From NCBI GenBank assembly GCA_026225055.1, contig JAMFSA010000248.1:11137-75136 (forward strand): a stretch of DNA of 64,000 nucleotides, in the 5' to 3' direction. Shown in pieces: positions 31,465-40,800 of this stretch. The notes below the pieces were generated by a model. That model did no database searches and was not told where the DNA came from. It worked only from the letters and a program-made list of their open reading frames with translations. Both the position numbers and the translations under genes were made by a program. The stretch is from Mucilaginibacter xinganensis (lineage in GTDB: Bacteria; Bacteroidota; Bacteroidia; Sphingobacteriales; Sphingobacteriaceae). Positions within the stretch are counted from its first letter, which is position 1, and each line of letters opens with the position of its first letter.

Positions 31465-33771
31465 ATGATTTCACTTATGAAAAAGAAAATTATACTTGCT
31501 GCACTCCTGTTCTTTGTAGTCACGTGCTTGTTTGCACAGAAAAATAAGCCTGCGCCGAAGCTGGGAAAAAATAAGGTTGCTGAGGTGATCGCGGCAATGA
31601 CTTTGGAAGAAAAAATACACCTGGTCATGGGATTAGGCCAGGCCTGCTGGACAAACCCGCCTACAGGCGAAAAAACCGTGCTTTTAGAGGGCGAAGCCGG
31701 CCGTACCTGGGCTATACCAAGATTGGGTATAACAGCTACGGTTGAAACAGACGGGCCTGCAGGTTTGCGTATAGTACCACATCCCCAGGGTTTAAATTTT
31801 ACCCGCTATTGTACCGCGTTCCCTACGGCGACAGCGCTTGCGTGTACGTGGAACCCCGAGCTGGTTGAACAGGTTGGGAAAGCCATGGGAAATGAAGTGC
31901 TCGAATACGGTTCCGATGTATTGCTGGCGCCGGCTATAAATATTCAACGTAATCCGCTATGCGGTCGTAATTTTGAATATTATTCAGAGGACCCCTATCT
32001 TATCGGGAAGATGGCTTCCGGCATGGTTCGGGGAATCCAATCCAACGGCGTTTCCACTTCTTTAAAGCACTTCGCGGCAAATAACATCGAAACAAACCGC
32101 GGAGCTATTAATGCCGTGGTAAGCCAGCGCGCTCTTCGCGAAATCTATCTCCGGGGATTTGAAATGGTGGTAAAAGAAGCGCAACCCTGGACAGTGATGT
32201 CATCTTATAACAAGTTAAACGGTTTTTATACTTCAGAAAATTACGGCTTGATTACCTCGGTATTGCGTGACGACTGGAAGTTTAAGGGCATGGTGATGTC
32301 CGATTGGGCGGGCGGCAAAGATGCGGTGGCACAGATGAAAGCCGGAAACGATTTATTAATGCCCGGTGATTATCAGTATGACGAATTGCTGCGTGCCGTG
32401 AAAAACAAAACCATAGACATAAAGGTCATTGATCGCAACCTTGTACGGATTTTAACGTTCATCGCTAAAACCCCCCGTTTTAAAAATCATGTGTACTCAA
32501 ATAAACCGGATCTGACTGCTCATGCACAAATTTCACAGGCTGCGGCATCTGAGGGAATGGTCTTGTTAAAAAATAACAATGATGCATTACCCTTTAACCA
32601 TATCAGGCGAATCGCGCTTTTCGGAAAAACATCCTATCGTTACATTCCGGGAGGTACCGGAAGCGGAGAGGTAAACTACGAAAAGGCAACGACCATTAAA
32701 GAAAGTTTTGACAAAAATGGCTTTGAGGTATCAAAACCGTTGGCGGACATCTATACACATTTCATTGACTCTGTTATTCAAACTTCGAAAGATAAGAATG
32801 ATAAATTCCTGGTGGATTTTCATCCGGAATTAGCATTAGATAAAGAACGGATTGCCGCGCAGGTAAAGGATGCGGATATCGCCATCATCACGATCGGCAG
32901 AAACGCAGGCGAAGGATATGACCGGCCGGTTTCGGATTTTTCTTTAACAGCTACGGAAAAGCAATTGATCAAACAGGTTACAGCGGCATTTCATGCGGCC
33001 AATAAAAAGGTTATTGTGGTGCTGAATATTGGCGGTGTGGTGGCTACTGCCGACTGGCGCGATGCTCCCGACGCTATTTTATTGGCCTGGCAGGCCGGAC
33101 AGGAGGGTGCGAATGCGATCGTTGATATTTTGAAAGGCAAGGTAAATCCTTCCGGGAAATTGTCGATGAGCTTTCCAATGCAATATAGTGATGTTCCTTC
33201 TGCAAAGAGTTTCCCGGGTGAACCTATCGACACGCCCATTAACGCGCTGTACAAAGAAGGTATTTATGTGGGCTATCGTTATTACCAGACTTTTAAAGTT
33301 CCTACCGCTTATGAATTTGGTTATGGAATTTCCTACACGCAATTTAAGTACGCCAATCTTCATTTAAATACCAGCACATTTCAAAATGAAATTATCGCAA
33401 AAGTAACGGTAAAAAACACGGGCAAAATTGCAGGTAAAGAAGTAGTTCAGCTGTACTTGCATGCACCGGGCATCGAGATAGAGAAACCAGTGGAGGAACT
33501 AAAGGGCTTTGCGAAAACCAGGTTACTTCAACCCGGAGAAAGCCAGGAAATCACTTTTACCCTCAACCCGCGGTCGTTGGCCTCATTTTGGACAAGCAGT
33601 TCGTCCTGGGTGGCTGAAAAAGGAAAATATGAAATAAGGATTGGTTCTTCCTCAAAAGATATCAGGTCAACCGCCGATTTCGAATTGCCTAAAACCATTG
33701 CTGTGGAGAAGGTAAGTCCGGTACTTTACCCCAATATAGCCTTAAAGGAATTAAGCAAGGTACCTAATTGA
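31465..33771 (+). CDS. Glycoside hydrolase family 3 beta-glucosidase/xylosidase
   Basis: DGPAGLR, GRNFEYYSEDP, KHFAANN, VMSDW nucleophile motif, EGIYVGYRYY, Fn3-like C-terminus. Confidence 0.95.
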   Translation: MISLMKKKIILAALLFFVVTCLFAQKNKPAPKLGKNKVAEVIAAMTLEEKIHLVMGLGQACWTNPPTGEKTVLLEGEAGRTWAIPRLGITATVETDGPAGLRIVPHPQGLNFTRYCTAFPTATALACTWNPELVEQVGKAMGNEVLEYGSDVLLAPAINIQRNPLCGRNFEYYSEDPYLIGKMASGMVRGIQSNGVSTSLKHFAANNIETNRGAINAVVSQRALREIYLRGFEMVVKEAQPWTVMSSYNKLNGFYTSENYGLITSVLRDDWKFKGMVMSDWAGGKDAVAQMKAGNDLLMPGDYQYDELLRAVKNKTIDIKVIDRNLVRILTFIAKTPRFKNHVYSNKPDLTAHAQISQAAASEGMVLLKNNNDALPFNHIRRIALFGKTSYRYIPGGTGSGEVNYEKATTIKESFDKNGFEVSKPLADIYTHFIDSVIQTSKDKNDKFLVDFHPELALDKERIAAQVKDADIAIITIGRNAGEGYDRPVSDFSLTATEKQLIKQVTAAFHAANKKVIVVLNIGGVVATADWRDAPDAILLAWQAGQEGANAIVDILKGKVNPSGKLSMSFPMQYSDVPSAKSFPGEPIDTPINALYKEGIYVGYRYYQTFKVPTAYEFGYGISYTQFKYANLHLNTSTFQNEIIAKVTVKNTGKIAGKEVVQLYLHAPGIEIEKPVEELKGFAKTRLLQPGESQEITFTLNPRSLASFWTSSSSWVAEKGKYEIRIGSSSKDIRSTADFELPKTIAVEKVSPVLYPNIALKELSKVPN

Positions 33772-33838
33772 ACTTTGATCATGCGGGTATTATAGATTAA
33801 TTCCAGCTTCGGCTTATTTAAAATTGAATGATAATTAC

Positions 33839-33875
33839 GGCGACTATTAAGCAGAACTACTGCTTAGAAGTCGCC
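33839..33875 (+). terminator. Intergenic stem-loop between GH3 and SGNH genes
   Basis: ggcgact/agtcgcc outer arms and taagcag/ctgctta inner arms. Confidence 0.4.
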
Positions 33876-33889
33876 ATTAGTTTCCAGTT

Positions 33890-34570
33890 ATGAAAAAAAA
33901 TAAAATATACCTGATTGCTTTAATGGCTTGCTGTGCAGGCTCAGTTAAAGCACAGGACTGGCCCAACCTGGGTCGTTACCACGCTAAAAATGACAGCATA
34001 AAAATGGCAAAAGTAGTCTACATGGGCGATTCGATTACCGATTCGTGGATCGATGCCTCGCCTGACTTTTTCGCCGAAAATGACTACACCGATAGAGGGA
34101 TCAGCGGTCAAACCTCGCCGCAAATGCTGCTGCGTTTCCGGCAGGATGTAATTGGTTTAAAACCAAAATTGGTCGTGCTGCTTTGCGGGATAAATGACAT
34201 TGCAGGCAACACCGGTCCGTCGAGTCTGGAAATGATAGAAGCTAATATTCAGTCAATGACTGAACTTGCAAAGGCAAACCATATCGGGGTAATTCTTTGT
34301 TCTGTTCTGCCAGCGGTAAGGATATTCTGGAAGCCGGAGCTAAGGCCGGCAGACAGTATAATTGCTTTAAACACATGGATAAGTAATTATGCGCTTTCAA
34401 AGCACTTCCATTACGTTGATTACTATACCGCGTTAGTCAATGATCAAAAAGATTTGAGGGCGGAATACTCTAAAGATGGTGTGCATCCAAACCTGGCCGG
34501 ATATAAAATGATGGAGGGTATGGTCAAAAGCGCTGTAGATGGGGAGTTAAGCGAGTTAAAAAAAAACTAA
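33890..34570 (+). CDS. SGNH/GDSL hydrolase (acetylesterase-like)
   Basis: GDSIT, RGISGQT, GINDIA, DGVHP. Confidence 0.92.
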   Translation: MKKNKIYLIALMACCAGSVKAQDWPNLGRYHAKNDSIKMAKVVYMGDSITDSWIDASPDFFAENDYTDRGISGQTSPQMLLRFRQDVIGLKPKLVVLLCGINDIAGNTGPSSLEMIEANIQSMTELAKANHIGVILCSVLPAVRIFWKPELRPADSIIALNTWISNYALSKHFHYVDYYTALVNDQKDLRAEYSKDGVHPNLAGYKMMEGMVKSAVDGELSELKKN

Positions 34571-34726
34571 TTGGAAGGCGCCAATTTTTGAGCATTAAAA
34601 GGTCAATGATTGGAAAATCCCTGAAAAACAATAATTCCAACAGCAAAATGATTAACGCTATTCTGCTTATGAATAATATCTGATTTAATTGTTATAAGAT
34701 TTAAACCACCACAGATTTAGCAAAGT

Positions 34727-35656
34727 ATGCCAACAAGATTGATCAAATTTAAAACCTTGGCGGGGGCTTTATTAATATGCCTGCTATTTTCCATGGGAAT
34801 CGGCACAAGTTCCGCACAAGCAGTAATTCCGCTTTATCCCGGTAAAATACCAAACTCAATTAAAGTCCCGGATGAGGAAAAGGAAAATGCCGCTCATTTT
34901 TTAGAAAACGTAACACAACCCACACTTACCCTCTACCTGCCTGGGGCCGGTAAAGCCAATGGAACAGCCGTTATTGTCTGCCCTGGCGGTGGTTACAGTG
35001 CTTTAAATATTATACAGGAAGGTTTTGCCGTCGCTGACAGCCTGAATAAATTGGGCATAACAGCATTTGTTTTAAAATATCGTTTGCCTGATGATAAAAC
35101 TATGCCGGATAAGTCTATTGGTCCTGTGCAAGATGCGCAACGGGCAATAATGGTTGTGAGGCAACGGGCAAAGGAATGGCACATAGATACCGCCAGGGTT
35201 GGGATAGTTGGGTTTTCTGCCGGAGGCCATCTGGCTGCAACGGCAGGCACGCATTTTACCAGCTCATATATCGATAACCCGCAGCAATTAAACCTTCGCC
35301 CGGATTTTATGATCCTGGTGTATCCGGTAATAAGCTTTGCCGATTCCATTACCCACATGGGTTCAAGAGAAAGCCTTATCGGCAAAAACCCGTCTAAGCA
35401 ACAAATTGCGCTATATTCCAATGAGTTGCAGGTTAGTTCACAAACGCCTCCCACATTTTTGATACAAGCGGGCGACGATGGTTTGGTAAGTGTGAAAAAT
35501 AGCATTGTGTTTTACCTGGCCTTGCAAAAGCACAACGTTCCTGCAGGGATGCACATTTTCCCAAAGGGGCAGCACGGATTTCCTTTGGAACCGGCACACA
35601 CCAATTGGTTTTGCTATTGTGCGAATTGGCTACAGGAAAATGGCTGGGTAAAATGA
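34727..35656 (+). CDS. Secreted alpha/beta hydrolase (carbohydrate esterase-like)
   Basis: CPGGGY, DAQRAI, GFSAGGHLA, HGF, signal peptide. Confidence 0.88.
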   Translation: MPTRLIKFKTLAGALLICLLFSMGIGTSSAQAVIPLYPGKIPNSIKVPDEEKENAAHFLENVTQPTLTLYLPGAGKANGTAVIVCPGGGYSALNIIQEGFAVADSLNKLGITAFVLKYRLPDDKTMPDKSIGPVQDAQRAIMVVRQRAKEWHIDTARVGIVGFSAGGHLAATAGTHFTSSYIDNPQQLNLRPDFMILVYPVISFADSITHMGSRESLIGKNPSKQQIALYSNELQVSSQTPPTFLIQAGDDGLVSVKNSIVFYLALQKHNVPAGMHIFPKGQHGFPLEPAHTNWFCYCANWLQENGWVK

Positions 35657-36021
35657 ATTATAATAGATTAAAAAAGCTCATGATATTTCAAATCGCTTAC
35701 CATTGAGCCTAAAAATTCGTGATTAAAGCCCTATTGTAGCTATTATTTTGCTTATATAATCTATAATTCATGCTATGTCAATAACTATTGAAATCTGTTG
35801 ATCTTAGTTGTGCTTACAACGACTTCAAAATATCTATACATGTACAAAATTCAGAATGTATGGTAAAAGGAGGCAATTGTAATGGGAGGGCAACCAGATA
35901 TGCAAAAAATGTATTATAGTTTCCGAACACGCTTTGATCTATGCCGCCACATCATTCCGTATATTTTGATCGCTAATCCCATGTAATTTTATTGCGTTAT
36001 TGAATAGTTAGAATTGGAAAA

Positions 36022-36630
36022 GTGAAAGATAAGGAATTAACAAAACGTAAATTAATCAATGCTGTCGGCGAGGTTGTAAAAGCGGAAGGATTTCAAAACC
36101 TTAAAATCAGCAAAGTTTCCAAATATGCCAATGTTGACAGGAAACTCATCTACCGATATTTCGGAAGCTTGAATTACCTCGTGGAAGTTTACATCCTGGA
36201 AAATGATTACTGGATGATCTTTGCGGACAAAATGAAACAAATGCTTACTGAAAAACAATTCAGCGGAAGTGAGGACCTAATAACGGAGATACTGCAAAAC
36301 CAATTCAGATTTTTCGTATCCCAAAAAGAAATGCAGCGTTTAATTTTATGGGAACTTTCCATGGACAATCCGCTGATGAGAAGTATACATAATACCCGGG
36401 AAAGTTTGGGGCAGGAGTTTCTGAATATGAGCGATAGTCATTTTCAGAATGGAAAAGTGAATTTCCGGGCAATAGCCGCATTATTAGTTGGGGGCATTTA
36501 CTACACCATACTACACACAGTTTACAATGGCGGGACTTTCGCCGGTATTGATCTTAATACAGAAAATGGGAAGGAGGAGCTTTTAAAAGCTATCGGACAA
36601 ATTGTCCATTGGGCTTATCAGGAAGTTTGA
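36022..36630 (+). CDS. TetR/AcrR family transcriptional regulator
   Basis: N-terminal HTH KISKVSKYANVDRKLIYRYFG, GTG start. Confidence 0.88.
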   Translation: MKDKELTKRKLINAVGEVVKAEGFQNLKISKVSKYANVDRKLIYRYFGSLNYLVEVYILENDYWMIFADKMKQMLTEKQFSGSEDLITEILQNQFRFFVSQKEMQRLILWELSMDNPLMRSIHNTRESLGQEFLNMSDSHFQNGKVNFRAIAALLVGGIYYTILHTVYNGGTFAGIDLNTENGKEELLKAIGQIVHWAYQEV

Positions 36631-36696
36631 TTTTTAAAATAAGCTTTACGAACCGACATCAAGTATTTATGATACACCAATTCATTAGCTATGTAA

Positions 36697-37056
36697 ATGA
36701 ATGATTTCAAACTGATCGTTACCGGCGATAGCCAATTTATGGACTATAACTTTTTATTGGAAAAAGTCAACCTATTGTTATCCCGTATCGAACCCTTATT
36801 AGAAATTGTCGTTGTTGTTTACGTATGCGATAACGTTGGAATGTTGGGCGAAAGATTCGCAGCGGAATTTGGCTATGAGGTTGCCGAGTTCTCTGAAGAT
36901 TGTCCGTTTATCAACTATTTTGCTGACGATGGCATATGTCAAATGTTAAACTATGCCGACGAATGTATTTGTTTCTGGGATGGTGTATCTAAAGAAACTC
37001 AACAGTTTATTGAATTAACTGCAGGAAAAATTAAAACGACTGTGATTAAATACTAG
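36697..37056 (+). CDS. Divergent SLOG (DUF2493/YspA-like) protein
   Basis: KLIVTG..F.DY..L, LGERFA, ADECICFWDGVSKET match the DUF2493 skeleton. The Gly-rich motif is absent. Confidence 0.6.
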   Translation: MNDFKLIVTGDSQFMDYNFLLEKVNLLLSRIEPLLEIVVVVYVCDNVGMLGERFAAEFGYEVAEFSEDCPFINYFADDGICQMLNYADECICFWDGVSKETQQFIELTAGKIKTTVIKY

Positions 37057-37293
37057 TTTCATCGAAGTGATGAAAGACCATCGGCACTGTTGACGTTTGT
37101 TTGCGCAATAGAATGAAGGATGAGCAACGATAGCGTGGGCTTTTCCTCCATCTTGTAAACTGGCTTACCGTGCCTCTATAATATTTATAATATCAGGTAT
37201 AATTAATCTCAAAGACACTTGACGGCTTTTGCAGCTAACTTGCCCTTGTTAGGTAATAAAACCAAACACAATAAATTACAGGAGGATAATATT

Positions 37294-37671
37294 ATGCCGT
37301 TTGCACGTATCGATCTACTCAAAGGAAAACCAGCTGATTATCGCGCTACTTTAGCCGACATTGCATATCATGGGATCGTTGATATTCTTAAGGCGCCGGA
37401 CGGCGACCGCTTCGTTGTTATCAATGAGCATGAGCCCGAAAATTTAGTTTACGACAAAAACTTCTTAGGCTTTGATCGTTCGACTGACTTTATCCTGATT
37501 CAGATAACCAGTACAGTCGGAAATAATTTAGATTCAAAGCTTGCCGTCTTTAAGTATCTGTCCACTGAACTGAATAAAAAATTAGGTCTTCGTCCCGACG
37601 ACCTTATGGTTAACATGGTTTACGTAGACCGCTCGGATTGGTCATTTGGTAATGGCGAACCGTGGACCTAA
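37294..37671 (+). CDS. Tautomerase family protein
   Basis: MPFARIDL start with catalytic Pro, DWSFGNG C-terminal motif, GGAGG 8 nt upstream. Confidence 0.88.
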   Translation: MPFARIDLLKGKPADYRATLADIAYHGIVDILKAPDGDRFVVINEHEPENLVYDKNFLGFDRSTDFILIQITSTVGNNLDSKLAVFKYLSTELNKKLGLRPDDLMVNMVYVDRSDWSFGNGEPWT

Positions 37672-37691
37672 TCTTATATACAATAAATTAA

Positions 37692-37729
37692 AATAAAATG
37701 GGTTCTGATTTTTCTGAGCCCATTTTATT
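37692..37729. terminator. Bidirectional intrinsic terminator-like hairpin
   Basis: aataaaatgggttc/gagcccattttatt between convergent genes. Confidence 0.6.
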
Positions 37730-37769
37730 GTTCGGTTTCCATTTTCTCAATTTAGTTGAAGTAACCCAG

Positions 37770-37836
37770 GGCATCCCTACGGCCGGGCTTTCCGCTATAT
37801 CTTCTGACGAAGGATGCCGCTTTAATCCCTGATGCA
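37770..37836 (+). ncRNA. Flavo-1-like Bacteroidota intergenic RNA/repeat motif
   Basis: ggccgggctttccgctatatctt-ctgacg-aaggatgccgctttaatccct matches my recollection of the Flavo-1 consensus. Not verified by a covariance model. Confidence 0.45.
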
Positions 37837-37872
37837 TAATTGACCCTAAAAGACATTAAACCGTGTATCATC

Positions 37873-40800
37873 TCATCGCAGCAAAACCTCAACTAACGCC
37901 TTGATTTTTTCCATGGGAATAAGTTCGGTGGTTTTTTGACGAAAATTTTCTTCCATTATTTCGGCATGGAACACGAGATGCCCCGCTTTTGAAGGGAATT
38001 TCCGCACAAATCTTTTTTCCTGGCTGATGAGAAACGCCTTTACCAGGTGGAGATCACTTTCACTTTTGGCTGCGAAGCCCTGGAGTATTTCCAATAAAAA
38101 CTGTTCTGATGAGTCCGGCATTCGGAATTTTGGTAATTGCTCATTAACCATGATTTCCATTTTAGGTTCAAGAACCGAAAGCGCCCATTTCGTGTCCACA
38201 TTCCATATCGGGAAATTTGATTGGATATGATAAGGACTCGGTTTTTCGGGGTCGATATTCTCCGAGATATATAAAAAACCATTTTGATCCCCAAGTACTG
38301 CCATTCTCTTCGCAGCTTCCAGTTTTCTGTCCGGACTTACACCAGGGTAATTAAAACAATAAGTTAACCGGGCTAATACTTCATTTGGAAAATCCTTTTG
38401 CAGGGTATTTGTCAGCAATAAAAACTCATAATTTTCAATTTCTTCCAGCCTGTTAAAATAAGGCAATAGTTCTGATAATACGCCACTAAGTGAGATGTAT
38501 GCGTCGATTAAATGATAACTATGCCCATAGGGAAGTTCATTATTATAAATCAGTTTTAAAATTTCAGGTATTGCCGCTGTTACCTTGATATGTTCGCAAA
38601 TCTCAATATGTGCGCCAAGAACACCCGAATGGCGCAAGCCATTTTTTAGATTAGTAAGGACTTTGGCTACCAATAAGTGTTGTGCGGTTTCAAAACGGGA
38701 TAAAATCATTCCCGTGATCGTTTTCCGCTTGTTGGTTTTTGCAAACTGCAGGCAATTAAATCCCTCCGGATTCATTCTAAGAAATTCTAGTAAAACTTTA
38801 TCTGAAGTGGGGAATTCATATTTCTCCCAGATCTTTAGAAATTGTCCGGCTCTCCTTCGATCATCGAGCGAACTATCGAGGGTTATCGATGCAAAGTCAA
38901 AATGTTCGACATTTTCATCATAGTAATTTTTAATTTGTTCACGAAAAAAATCAGGATACCTTCCCGCTAAATGAGAATTAAGCAAGGCGTTTATGCGCCA
39001 TAGCGAAAAGTGAGCCGGGTCATTTATGCTATCCAAACAGAATTTGAGCGTTACCCGCTTTTCATCGGCATGTTCACGTAAAAATTGATGGGCTAAATAG
39101 GAACTTACTTTTATCAGGGGTAAATATTCTTCATCATATTTGAAGTGAAGATCATCCAACTGTATTTCGGTTGTTGCAAGTTTTTTGAAAATGGATTTAA
39201 TCCCTTTTGCAAAAGCAATTGGGGTGGCAATATATTTCAGGTCGTTCTTTTCTTTATTTTGCTCGGAGATCACATAAATGTTTTGCTGCCTGATTATTTC
39301 TTTTTCAGGTTTACCAAAAGCGTCCTCAATAAGTCTCTCTAATTTTCTGGCATCTTCTACTTTACCATTATTGGAAAGTCCATGCACAAAACCCATGAGT
39401 TGGTGCATTTTTATTTGGCCTTCCTCAGCGGCATAAATAAGAATGTCAAAACATTCGGCAGTTATGGTGTCGCTAAATACGTAACTCCGTTTATTTTCGT
39501 CGTTCTCATTCAAATATACGCGAAGCCCAAGCCTGTATTCTCCGGTTGTCTTAAAGAAATCAATGATGCCTGAATAACCATCATTTTCCCTGAAACTTGT
39601 TATTTCCGTTATGAAATGCATAACCGAAAATATAATTGCAAGATCTTTTGCAAAGGCCTTTGAGGCTTTTATTTGTAATGCGCTTACAAAATCGCCTATT
39701 GATTCTTTATTAAATCGGAAGAAATTCTGGAAATTATTTTTGGAAACTTCCCTGAAAAGTTTCCTCATTAACATGGGGTGTTCCGTTTTGGCCAATAACT
39801 GTAACAGCCTTTTTTCGGAACCATAATGGTGCGTACCCTGGTTATATTGAAACAGTACTGCAAACCCATCCAGCAGAAATTGGTAATTTGCATCTACAAG
39901 GTCGAGTGTATCAATAAGTTTGTAAACACCTTCCCGGTACTCGTGGTGTTTTATCATAGGCGTATTTGCTTTCAGCCGCGCTACCATTTCCTGGTCGCCG
40001 ACTTTTAGCTTCGCCAAATTTTCTATGATCAGTTTTGCATAATAAGCTTCATTTACTTCTTCTAATTGTTTTAAAGCGACATCTTTAAATTGCTCTACCT
40101 GTTTATGGTTCAACTGAATTTGTCGCAAAGTGCGTATACAGGTAATTTTGATAATTGCCGGCACGGAGTCAAGCATCATCTGCAACAAATAATCGACTGC
40201 CGTTTCCTCGTTACCAATAAAATCCGCTAAGTCGTTTTCATCAATGGTACTCAGTCTGGCATGATGATAAATGGTCTTAGCCAGGATTTTTTTTAAGACT
40301 TCCGCCCTGAAATTATTTGTAAATTTACTACCCTCGCTTAATGCCAGCAATTCTACATTGTCAGTTTCTATCAAGGCAATAAGCTTTTCCCTTTTTGGAT
40401 CATGTTGTTCTAATTGAGAAAGGTACGTGCAGATGGTTTGTATCCATTTTGTTTTGATTTTTTTAACTTCTTTACCAATAGTTATTAAATTAAAGATTTC
40501 TTCAACGGTAAATTTCTTTAAAGCGATAGCTGATAATTGCTCCTGGAAAAAGGCATTGACGAACGCCCAGCTTTTATTGTTAATGTTCAGGATTGAACTG
40601 TGCATTAATAGTTCGCGATCTTCCTGGGAAAACAATTCCTGTATAAATTCCGTGTCGCCTGAATTGATCCCTTTTACCTGAAATGCGAAGGCTAAAGCAG
40701 TCAACAACTTTTTATACCTGACGATCGCATGTCGCAATTGGCGGCCGCCTACCAACCTGCGGGAACCCGAAAGTTCAATAGACTCCTCAATGAACCGGTG

